A DNA stretch of 64,000 bases from an uncultured Alphaproteobacteria bacterium (lineage in GTDB: Bacteria; Pseudomonadota; Alphaproteobacteria; RF32; CAG-239): NCBI GenBank assembly GCA_934248075.1, contig CAKQKH010000004.1, positions 12,658 to 76,657 on the forward strand, written 5' to 3'. Numbering within the stretch: the first letter of the stretch is position 1; every line of letters starts with the position of its first letter. Of the stretch, positions 49,168 through 57,442 are shown piece by piece. The notes under the pieces were generated by a model, which saw only the letters and a list, made by a program, of their open reading frames with translations, was not told where the DNA came from and made no database searches. Position numbers and translations under genes: made by a program.

Positions 49168-50550
49168 ATGTTCGAAGCTTTGACGGACAAATTGACGGCG
49201 GTTTTTAATAAGATCACTTCACGCGGGGTGCTGAGTGAAGATGACATTAATGCCACCATGCGCGAGATTCGCATTGCTTTGCTGGAGGCAGACGTCGCTT
49301 TGCCGGTGGTCAAGGAGTTCATAGCCCACGTCAAGGAGCAGGCTCTGGGCGAGAAAGTTGTTCGTTCAATTCAACCGGGGCAGATGGTGGTCAAAATAGT
49401 CCATGATGAGCTGCTCAAACTGCTGGGTGAGGGTGACACTTCGCTTAATTTTCAGGCGGTTCCGCCGGTTTCAATCCTGATGCTCGGTCTTCAGGGTTCG
49501 GGCAAAACCACAACCTCGGCCAAGCTGGCCAAGCGTTTGGCCAAACAGGGCAAAAAGGTGCTTTTGGTATCCTTAGACATCTATCGTCCGGCGGCGCAGG
49601 AGCAACTGGCGCAACTGGCCGAGCAGATTGGCGGCCACTCTCTGCCGATTATCAAGGCTGAAAAGCCGGCAGACACCACGCGCCGCGCGCTTGATACCGC
49701 CAAAAAAGGTGGTTATGATGTGATTATTTTGGACTCCGCCGGCCGTTTGCATATTGACCAACAGCTGATGGATGAAGTGGTTGAGGTCAAAAAGATTGCT
49801 CAACCGACCGAGGTTTTGTTGGTGGCAGACGCCATGATTGGTCAAGATGCCTGCAATGTTGCCAAAGAGTTCAAGGAGCAAGTTGGCGTTACCGGTCTGG
49901 TTCTGACCCGCATTGACGGATCTTCCCGCGCCGGCGCGGCGTTGTCGATGAAAATGGTTGCCGGCGTGCCAATCAAATTTTTAGGCACCGGTGAAAAGTT
50001 AGACGAGTTTGAAGAGTTTCACGCTGACCGTTTGGCCGGCCGCATTTTGGGTCAGGGCGATGTTGTTTCTCTGGTGGAAAAAGCCATTGAAAACGTTGAT
50101 AAAGCCGAGACCGAAAAGCTTGCCGCTCAGATGATGAAAGGCCGTTTTGACCTCAATATGATGTTATCGCAGTTGAAACAGGTTCAAAAATTGGGTTCGC
50201 TGGGTGGTATAATCGGTATGATTCCCGGCTTATCCAAATTTAAAAATCAGATTGAAGCTGCCGGAGTTGGCGACAATTTGATTAAGAAGCAAGAGGCGAT
50301 TATTCTCTCCATGACCAAAGCGGAGAGGAGCAATCCCGATATTATCAAAGCATCTCGCAAAAAAAGAATTGCGGCAGGCTCCGGAGTTGAAGTTCATGAG
50401 GTTAACAAGCTGCTCAAATCCTATGAGCAGATGTCAACCATGATGAAAAGAATGGGTCGCATGGGCGGAATGCCTTCTGCGGCCATGTTAAAAAACTCTC
50501 CGTTTGGCAATATGCTTGGCGGAGGAATGGGAAAATTCCCGTTTAAGTAA
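49168..50550 (+). CDS. ffh: Signal recognition particle protein Ffh
   Basis: MFEALTDKL..., GLQGSGKTTT, DSAGRL and a Met-rich M domain. Confidence 0.93.
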   Translation: MFEALTDKLTAVFNKITSRGVLSEDDINATMREIRIALLEADVALPVVKEFIAHVKEQALGEKVVRSIQPGQMVVKIVHDELLKLLGEGDTSLNFQAVPPVSILMLGLQGSGKTTTSAKLAKRLAKQGKKVLLVSLDIYRPAAQEQLAQLAEQIGGHSLPIIKAEKPADTTRRALDTAKKGGYDVIILDSAGRLHIDQQLMDEVVEVKKIAQPTEVLLVADAMIGQDACNVAKEFKEQVGVTGLVLTRIDGSSRAGAALSMKMVAGVPIKFLGTGEKLDEFEEFHADRLAGRILGQGDVVSLVEKAIENVDKAETEKLAAQMMKGRFDLNMMLSQLKQVQKLGSLGGIIGMIPGLSKFKNQIEAAGVGDNLIKKQEAIILSMTKAERSNPDIIKASRKKRIAAGSGVEVHEVNKLLKSYEQMSTMMKRMGRMGGMPSAAMLKNSPFGNMLGGGMGKFPFK

Positions 50551-50570
50551 CAATATAGAAAGGAAAATAA

Positions 50571-50981
50571 ATGTCAGTACGTATCAGACTGTCCCGTGGT
50601 GGTTCTAAGAAACGTCCGTTTTACAAAGTTGTAGCCGCTGATCAGCGCTCTCCTCGTGATGGCCGTTTCATCGAAAGACTGGGTTCTTACAACCCGATGT
50701 TGCCCAAAGATCACGCTGAGAGATTCGTTATCAACGAAGAGCGTGTAAAATATTGGCTTTCTAACGGTGCCGAGCCGACCGAGAGACTGCAGAAAATGTT
50801 GTCTAACCTTGGTTTGGTTGCTGCTCCGGCCACTCGTGAACAGCCCAAAAAGTCTGCTCCTAAGGCCAAAGCCGTAGAGCGCATTAAGGAAAAAGAAGAG
50901 AAGGCTAAAGCCGCCGCTGAGGCTGCTGCCGCCGCCGCTGCCGAAGCTGCCGCTCCGGCTGAGGAAGCTTCTGCTGAATAA
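50571..50981 (+). CDS. rpsP: 30S ribosomal protein S16 with an Ala/Glu-rich C-terminal tail
   Basis: [35 protein letters not shown]. Confidence 0.93.
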   Translation: MSVRIRLSRGGSKKRPFYKVVAADQRSPRDGRFIERLGSYNPMLPKDHAERFVINEERVKYWLSNGAEPTERLQKMLSNLGLVAAPATREQPKKSAPKAKAVERIKEKEEKAKAAAEAAAAAAAEAAAPAEEASAE

Positions 50982-51022
50982 CAAATTTTTAGGTTACCTG
51001 CCGTCAAGAAAGGGTTCTTAAA

Positions 51023-51556
51023 ATGACCGCACCAACCAAAATCTGCTTAGGCGCCATTGTCGGGGTTCATGGTATCAGAGGTGAAGTTAAAGTCAAAAGC
51101 TTTACCGAAGACGAGAACCACCTCACATCTTATGGCTCGCTTTCCAATCTGGAGGGTAGTCGCAAGTTTGAGCTTAAGATTGTCGGTCATTCCAAAGATT
51201 TGCTGCGGGTCAAGATAAAAGGGGTTGATGATCGCAACACGGCTGAAACCCTCATCGGCACAGGGCTTTATGTTGAGCGTTCGCTCTTGCCTCAGTTGCC
51301 TGATGAAGAATATTATCACAGCGACCTTATCGGACTGATGGCGCTCAATGCCAAAGGCGAGAAAGTTGGGGTGGTTAATGCTCTTTATAACTTTGGCGCC
51401 GGCGATATCATTGAGCTGAAGACGGTTGATGGGCGGTTGGAGATGTTGCCTTTTACCATGGCATATGTTCCGACAGTCAACCTCAAAGACGGTTTTATTA
51501 TTGTTGAGATGATGCAGTTTGCACCGGAAGAAGACGGAGATGACGTTGAGGGTTAA
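51023..51556 (+). CDS. rimM: 16S rRNA processing protein RimM
   Basis: [19 protein letters not shown] and the conserved position between rpsP and trmD. Confidence 0.9.
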   Translation: MTAPTKICLGAIVGVHGIRGEVKVKSFTEDENHLTSYGSLSNLEGSRKFELKIVGHSKDLLRVKIKGVDDRNTAETLIGTGLYVERSLLPQLPDEEYYHSDLIGLMALNAKGEKVGVVNALYNFGAGDIIELKTVDGRLEMLPFTMAYVPTVNLKDGFIIVEMMQFAPEEDGDDVEG

Positions 51557-52235
51557 GGTTTTAACCATATTTCCCGAGTTATTCCCCGGATTTTTGGGAA
51601 CTTCTCTGACCGGCAAAGCCCTGGATGAGGGCAAATGGTCGTTGCAGGCGGTGAATATCCGCGACTATGCTTTTGACAAGCACGGTTCGGTAGATGACAC
51701 GCCGGCCGGCGGCGGTGCCGGAATGGTTATGCGGCCCGATGTTTTGGGCGCGGCGCTTGCGGCCAATTATTCAGGCGGCCGCCTGATAAATATGAGTCCG
51801 CGGGGCAAGCCCTTAACTCAGAAACTGGTGCATGAGCTGACCCAAGAAGATGATTTGACCATCATCTGTAGCCGTTTTGAGGGTATTGACGAGCGAGTGT
51901 TGGAGGCCTATGGGGCAGAAGACATCTCAATCGGCGACTATATTCTCACCGGCGGCGAGCAGGCGGCGCAAATTATGCTTGATGCGGTTGTGCGTTTGTT
52001 GCCCGGAGTTTTGGGCAATGATGAATCCGCCGCAGATGAGAGCTTTGAAAACGCTTTGCTGGAATATCCGCAATACACCAAACCCGCCGAATGGAATGGG
52101 CGTATGGTGCCGGAGGTTTTGCTCAGCGGGCATCATCAAAAAATCAAGGACTGGAGATTAGAGCAGTCCAAACAGGTAACCAAGGCCAGACGGCCTGATT
52201 TGTGGAAAAAATATCTTGATTCTGAAAAGAATTAG
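51540..52235 (+). CDS. trmD: tRNA (guanine37-N1)-methyltransferase
   Basis: [24 protein letters not shown] and GGEQAA. The start is trimmed to MTLRVKV. Confidence 0.92.
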   Translation: MTLRVKVLTIFPELFPGFLGTSLTGKALDEGKWSLQAVNIRDYAFDKHGSVDDTPAGGGAGMVMRPDVLGAALAANYSGGRLINMSPRGKPLTQKLVHELTQEDDLTIICSRFEGIDERVLEAYGAEDISIGDYILTGGEQAAQIMLDAVVRLLPGVLGNDESAADESFENALLEYPQYTKPAEWNGRMVPEVLLSGHHQKIKDWRLEQSKQVTKARRPDLWKKYLDSEKN

Positions 52236-52272
52236 GTGTAAAAGCTAACCAAATACTTACAAAAGGGTAAAA

Positions 52273-52680
52273 GTGATGAACATTATTGAAAACATTGAAA
52301 AAGAGCAGATGAACAAGCTCCTCGAAGGCAAAAACCTTCCTGACTTCAAACCCGGTGATACTTTGAAGGTTCATACCAAAGTTAAAGAAGGTGACCGTGA
52401 GCGTATTCAGGTTTATGAGGGCGTTTGCATCGCTCGCAAGAATGACGGTCTGAATTCTTCTTTCACCGTTCGCAAAATTTCTTTCGGTGAAGGCGTTGAG
52501 CGTGTATTCCCGCTGTATTCTCCGAATGTAGCCAAGATTGAAGTTGCCCGCATCGGTAAAATCCGTCGCGCCAAACTGTATTTCTTGCGCGCTTTGCGTG
52601 GTCGTTCTGCTCGTATTGCCGATGATTTGTCTGCCACTTCCAAGGCCAAAGAAGAAGTTTCTTCTGAAGAAAGCAAATAA
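52273..52680 (+). CDS. rplS: 50S ribosomal protein L19
   Basis: [35 protein letters not shown]...[21 protein letters not shown]. Confidence 0.93.
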   Translation: MMNIIENIEKEQMNKLLEGKNLPDFKPGDTLKVHTKVKEGDRERIQVYEGVCIARKNDGLNSSFTVRKISFGEGVERVFPLYSPNVAKIEVARIGKIRRAKLYFLRALRGRSARIADDLSATSKAKEEVSSEESK

Positions 52681-52703
52681 GTTTCGGCTTAAGCAATCAA
52701 AAG

Positions 52704-52733
52704 CTCCGCTCAAATTAGGGCGGAGTTTTTTTT
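52704..52733 (+). terminator. Rho-independent terminator of the ffh-rplS cluster
   Basis: ctccgc-tcaaattagg-gcggag followed by tttttttt. Confidence 0.75.
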
Positions 52734-52752
52734 GAGTTTTTTGCGCTTTCAC

Positions 52753-52790
52753 TTGACAATTTTTGTCTAAAGAGATATGCTGTTTATAGT
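52753..52790 (+). promoter_or_regulatory. Candidate sigma70-type promoter for the 66-aa/116-aa ORF pair
   Basis: TTGACA (52753-58), N17, TATGCT (52776-81). An alternative -10, tatagt, lies at 52785-90. RBS aagggag precedes ATG 52820. Confidence 0.35.
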
Positions 52791-52819
52791 TAAGATAATT
52801 AACCAAGGGAGTAATAATA

Positions 52820-53020
52820 ATGAGCATAACTATGTACGGTTGCGGTAGTGCAATTGCCAAGTCGCCCAGAGTAATGGCTGATACTTTGCATCAGGGCAAT
52901 ATTGGGTGCAAGGACAGGGTTGCCAAATCTCTGCGCCGTAAAAGAAATGCGCTGAAACAGCTGATAAACGGCAATATCCTGTCGCAAATGGCTGCTCTTC
53001 GGAAGGCAAAAACTTACTAG
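52820..53020 (+). CDS. Small basic hypothetical protein (66 aa)
   Basis: Good RBS and a promoter-like sequence upstream. No motif recognised. Confidence 0.4.
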   Translation: MSITMYGCGSAIAKSPRVMADTLHQGNIGCKDRVAKSLRRKRNALKQLINGNILSQMAALRKAKTY

Positions 53021-53029
53021 AGGTTGGTC

Positions 53030-53380
53030 ATGACTGAGTATCAGCTAGAAAAAAAATATACCATTGCTGAGGGTGCGGCCGGTGAACTGTACTTCTTCAT
53101 CAGTGCCAAACGCAACAATCCGTCTAATCCGCAGATTATATATGACGGGCGTGATCATGCCATTTTTTTACGTACCCCTCAAGAAAAAATCATTCTGGAT
53201 TATATCAATCCGCAAGTTCGCGACAAACTGCGCAAGGCCAGTCAGGTGGTGGTGGTTGAAGCGATTATGGACAACATCAAAGACAGCTACTGCACTATCA
53301 TGCATATGGTTGATAAGATACCTGTTGATTGGAACAAAATCGGTCTTACAACCTGGGAAGAGGCCGCTCTGGCGCAATAA
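53030..53380 (+). CDS. Hypothetical protein (116 aa)
   Basis: The ATG follows gaggt by about 8 nt and starts 10 nt after the preceding stop. No motif recognised. Confidence 0.5.
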   Translation: MTEYQLEKKYTIAEGAAGELYFFISAKRNNPSNPQIIYDGRDHAIFLRTPQEKIILDYINPQVRDKLRKASQVVVVEAIMDNIKDSYCTIMHMVDKIPVDWNKIGLTTWEEAALAQ

Positions 53381-53541
53381 TCGCTCCGATTCTCGCAAAT
53401 ATTTATAGCTTCTGTTCTTTTTTATAAGGCGGAAGTTTTTTTATTTTCAAATTTGAGCGTAAGCGGCATAAAATACTTGCCAACAATTCATAATTATGAA
53501 ACACCTATATATAAGGTTTTAATTTTTACGGACTAATTCTG

Positions 53542-54402
53542 ATGACGCTTTTTCAAATTTTTATCGGTTTGTTAATATTGTTTGCCATGGTTTTGCGCCC
53601 ATTCGTTTATAAGCCTGCCGCGCGTTATTTTCCGGCCGAAATGTCATCAGCATTCACCAGTGTCTGGCTCATGGTCGGGTTGGCGCTGTCTTTTCCGTTT
53701 TTCGGACATCTGATAACCGACAACGCCAAAGAAATTTTTTATTCGCCTTATTGGCTGTTGAGCGCGCTCAAGGGAATTTTGCTGTGGTGGATGATTAATC
53801 TGCAACAGGTTGTCAATAAAGAAAGCACTTCGTCTTCGGTGTTTTTCGGTTTTATTGCGCTGGCGCTCGGCTCGTTGGCCAACAATCTGTTTTTTCATGA
53901 GGGGCTGAAACTGTTTCAGTTAGTTTGTATCTGTGGCTTTGGTGTTTTAGGGGGCGCCTTTATGTTCAGAGGAGATGCCCGCCGTTTATCCATAAAAGGC
54001 GTGGTTGCCTTTTGGGCAATAGTTTTGTGCGGCGCCGTCTTTATGGTTACTGATCATTTGGCCATTCCGAGTGTTGGCTGGTACACTCATTTATTGGTGT
54101 CTTCGGCGGCTTGGTTTTTCGTTTCTTGGGCGCATGGCATTTCGCGCGCTGATTTTCGCAAAATCTTCAGTCTTCCCAGTTTATATGTGGCGGGAATTTG
54201 CTATGTTGTTACTGAGTTTTTGGTTATTTACTCCTCAACCAATCTGTTGCCGGTGTCATTTGTCGGCATTTTCATGCGGTTGGCGGCGCCGGTGGTAATG
54301 GTTATTTCCGCCTTGCGTTACAAAGAGCAAAGCTGGCAGAATCAGCTGCTGTTTGGGCTGGTTGCATTGGCTCTGGCTCTGCCGCTGATTTTGTTCAAAT
54401 AG
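53542..54402 (+). CDS. Polytopic inner-membrane protein (about 10 TM helices, DMT/EamA-like topology)
   Basis: Alternating hydrophobic helices throughout. The family assignment is from topology only. Confidence 0.6.
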   Translation: MTLFQIFIGLLILFAMVLRPFVYKPAARYFPAEMSSAFTSVWLMVGLALSFPFFGHLITDNAKEIFYSPYWLLSALKGILLWWMINLQQVVNKESTSSSVFFGFIALALGSLANNLFFHEGLKLFQLVCICGFGVLGGAFMFRGDARRLSIKGVVAFWAIVLCGAVFMVTDHLAIPSVGWYTHLLVSSAAWFFVSWAHGISRADFRKIFSLPSLYVAGICYVVTEFLVIYSSTNLLPVSFVGIFMRLAAPVVMVISALRYKEQSWQNQLLFGLVALALALPLILFK

Positions 54403-54535
54403 CCGACAAATCCTCATATTTGACATTAAAATTGTAATTTTTGTCAATTTACGAAAATTGTGTATTTACACCTATCCGAATCTGTACTATATTATACAAT
54501 GTAGTGTTTAAGTTTAATTTAAAAATTTTTCAAAT

Positions 54536-55393
54536 ATGAAAAATTATAATTATGTAATAATTCGTAGCCAGTTTGGCCACGAGATCATGGCGATCAACTT
54601 CGCAAACGCCCTTGGGTTTAAGGTAGTAATCATTCCTAATAAGGAAACGGCTGAAGAATATTATGCAGAGGCATCAAAAATCTATGCCAACATGAAATTC
54701 TTCTCCAATGATCTTCTCATTGTTCCTTTCGAACAGCGTGCAACGTATGAGAAAGAGGCATGGGACATCATCGCCGGACTGAAAGCGGGAAAGCTTGATG
54801 ATGAGCTGTGGCTCACCTTTGCCGCATCAACCTTGCAGCCACATACATTCCCTGTTGACCTTCCGGTCTATAAGGAATTAAAGGACAAAAACAATGTCCT
54901 GGTTGTGCCGCAGAAGCTGTTGTCAGACAACGAGTGCGGAGTCACTGCTTCACAACAGAGCCTGAACCCGTCCGTGTTCAATTTCCTCAAGGGAAGCGAA
55001 TACAATCTCGTGCTCGGACAGCACTTCCACAAGGTCAATGACCTGGAGACTGTCAAGAAGCTCGCTGAAGAATTTTCAATGTATGTTCCCGGCATGACCG
55101 AGAACGAGGAGGTCTTCGGCATCAGGGGCGTCAAGCACGAGATGTACTGGGACATGTACAGACAGCTTAACAAAGTTGTCGGTATTGCGGGAACGCATAC
55201 CTGGTACATGCTGGCGATGTTTCCTAGCACGCCGCACATCATCCTCTACAATCGAGACGGTGTGGAGCACTGGGGCAAGATCGCCGAGGCGTATCAGAGG
55301 CTGGGCTATCCGGTTTACGCCATCGGCTTCGACGACACCACCGACAAGGTGCTGTTGTCAAAGAAGATCCAGAGCATTTTCGAACAGCTCTGA
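54536..55393 (+). CDS. Hypothetical protein (285 aa); faint glycosyltransferase-like C-terminal pattern
   Basis: A clean ORF with GC-ending codon bias and its own terminator. VVGIAGTHTWYMLAMFPSTPHIILY loosely resembles the GT9 G-x-DSG-x-HLAAA-G-x-P motif. Confidence 0.55.
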   Translation: MKNYNYVIIRSQFGHEIMAINFANALGFKVVIIPNKETAEEYYAEASKIYANMKFFSNDLLIVPFEQRATYEKEAWDIIAGLKAGKLDDELWLTFAASTLQPHTFPVDLPVYKELKDKNNVLVVPQKLLSDNECGVTASQQSLNPSVFNFLKGSEYNLVLGQHFHKVNDLETVKKLAEEFSMYVPGMTENEEVFGIRGVKHEMYWDMYRQLNKVVGIAGTHTWYMLAMFPSTPHIILYNRDGVEHWGKIAEAYQRLGYPVYAIGFDDTTDKVLLSKKIQSIFEQL

Positions 55394-55412
55394 TAATCTT
55401 CTTCATGACATC

Positions 55413-55443
55413 AAAAGTCGTAACTTCGGTTACGACTTTTTTT
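55413..55443 (+). terminator. Rho-independent terminator of the 285-aa ORF
   Basis: aaaagtcgtaac-ttcg-gttacgactttt followed by ttt. Confidence 0.8.
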
Positions 55444-55489
55444 GTTACTCGTTTTGTATTTTTTTCCTTTTTTCTCCCCATCGACGAGA

Positions 55490-55860
55490 CAACCACGCAT
55501 TGTCATTCCGGCGAAAGCCAAGCAAGCGCTTGGAGGCATAAGTAAGCTGTAACTCGCCGCTCACTGCGTTCGAGGCTCGGAATAGTGTACTATCAAACTC
55601 CTGTCCTTGATTTCAAGGGAAGGGTTTAAAATAAAGACTGTCATGCCTCTTTGCGGAAGCATTCTTCCGCAAAGTCCAGGCATCTACCGAACTGATAATA
55701 TCAATTATCAGCACGGAAGATCGCTTGACCTTGGGCGAGAATGCTCGCCCCTCGGAGCGATGACAGCTATTTTTTTAAGCGCACTATTTCGAGCCTCGAA
55801 CAAAGTGAGCGGCGAGTAACGGTTTAAGAATGCCCCTGCCGGCTCGGCAGCAAAAATCCC
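55490..55860. repeat. MITE-like composite repeat (unit 55551-55819 with ~38-bp terminal inverted repeats)
   Basis: Left end aactcgccgctcactgcgttcgaggctcggaatagtg, right end cactatttcgagcctcgaacaaagtgagcggcgagtaa. The interior recurs, inverted, at 62488-62676. Confidence 0.85.
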
Positions 55861-55899
55861 GTCCATAGTATGGAGCGGGATTTTTATTACAAAGGAGGA

Positions 55900-55975
<76 letters not shown>

Positions 55976-55985
55976 ATCGCCTTAC

Positions 55986-56014
55986 TTATTACATCATCAT
56001 TTTTCATTTAGCAA
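55986..56014 (-). promoter_or_regulatory. Candidate sigma70-type promoter of tRNA-Thr
   Basis: The minus strand reads TTGCTA-N17-TAATAA, ending about 10 nt upstream of the tRNA 5' end. Confidence 0.4.
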
Positions 56015-56116
56015 GTTTTTTTATTGCTTTTGTGCAACTGACAACACCAAATCGTTTATTTGCGCCGATTTAAATTTACGATGCGCGCAAATCACGCATT
56101 TGTCATGCTTAAATTT

Positions 56117-57442
56117 TTATAAGTTTTCTTTCTCCAAATTTTTGACGATGCTGATAAAGTGTTCTCCGCGCTCCATAAAGTTTTTGTAGTAGCCAAAACT
56201 CGGTGCCGTAGGTGAGAATAGCACCAAATGTCCGCCGGCGCGACGCACTTCGTCAAAGGCAATTTTGACGGCGTTTTCCAAAGTATCGGTTTCAATCAGC
56301 TTAAAGTCCGGACGTTTGACCACGCGGCGAATGCTTTCGGCAATTTGCGGACCGCACTGAAACAGGGTGATCACGGCTTTGACCTTGGAATTATGCTCCA
56401 CTGTCTGCGCGTATTGCTGATAATCCTGTTTGTTTTCAATACCGCCGGAAATCACCACCATACCGCCTTCAAAACTCTGCATGGCGCTGACTGCGGCTTC
56501 CGGCGCGGTAGAAATACTGTCGTTAATAAACAGCACGCCGTCTATGGTAGCGACTTTTTGCAAGCGGTGCGGCAGTGGCTCAAAGGTTTTGAGCAGTTCC
56601 GCGGCTTTGCGAAAATCCAATCCCAAATGCTCAACAATCGTCATCACACCGGCAAGATTATCCATATTATGATTGCCGCTGATTTTCAGCTCGTCTATAC
56701 CGATCAGCAGCTCGTCTTTATAGAACAGATTTTTGCCGTTGGCGTGAAAACCATCGGGCTTGCCATAATAAATTACATTCGGCAGATTGCGGCAATATTC
56801 CGCCAGTTGGGCGTTGTTGGCGTTTACAATACACAAATCTCCGGCCTGCTGATTGGCGGCCAGATGTACTTTATCGCGGCAGTAGTTGCCATGCCCGCCA
56901 TGCCAGTCCGTATGCACCGAAAACAGGTTGGTAAACATCACAATATTCGGCGACGCCGTCAAATCACTGGCCTGATAGCTTGAGAACTCGCAAACCATAT
57001 AATCATGTTCGCTGTCCAACAGCTCGATCAGCGGTTTGCCGATATTGCCGCCCAAAGCCGCGTTGAGTCCCAAGCGGCGCAACATATGAAACAACATGCT
57101 GACGCTGGTGCTTTTGCCCTTGGAGCCGCTGATGCCGATAACTTTGGTGTGCGGGTGGTTGGCGCGCATTTCATTTAGAAAGATATCCGAGCAAGAAGTT
57201 ATCTTGATGCCGGCGGCCTTGGCCTGCGCCAGCTCGGGTTTGTAGATGCTTACACCGGGCGAGCGAATAATCACATCGGCATTGGCCAGAATCTCCGCAA
57301 ATTTTTCCGGTCCGTCGCTATCATTATAGAGCAGGATATTATTGGTGATTTTGTGTTTTTCCAAATAATTTTTGGCGGCTTGCCCCTCTGCGCCCATGCC
57401 CCAGATAGCGATATTTTGTTTTTTCAAGTCCTTAATCAACAT
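56117..57442 (-). CDS. murD: UDP-N-acetylmuramoylalanine--D-glutamate ligase
   Basis: IAIWGMGAEGQAA, GISGSKGKST, and DSISTAPEA matching the conserved DSxxT MurD motif. The ORF-track N-terminal 106 aa overlap the upstream gene and are discarded. Confidence 0.9.
   Translation of the reverse strand: MLIKDLKKQNIAIWGMGAEGQAAKNYLEKHKITNNILLYNDSDGPEKFAEILANADVIIRSPGVSIYKPELAQAKAAGIKITSCSDIFLNEMRANHPHTKVIGISGSKGKSTSVSMLFHMLRRLGLNAALGGNIGKPLIELLDSEHDYMVCEFSSYQASDLTASPNIVMFTNLFSVHTDWHGGHGNYCRDKVHLAANQQAGDLCIVNANNAQLAEYCRNLPNVIYYGKPDGFHANGKNLFYKDELLIGIDELKISGNHNMDNLAGVMTIVEHLGLDFRKAAELLKTFEPLPHRLQKVATIDGVLFINDSISTAPEAAVSAMQSFEGGMVVISGGIENKQDYQQYAQTVEHNSKVKAVITLFQCGPQIAESIRRVVKRPDFKLIETDTLENAVKIAFDEVRRAGGHLVLFSPTAPSFGYYKNFMERGEHFISIVKNLEKENL

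Noticed and set aside
50574-51007. Minus-strand ORFs opposite rpsP (136 and 98 aa).
   Set aside because: They are antisense to the ribosomal protein S16 gene, and their low complexity is driven by its Ala/Glu-rich tail.
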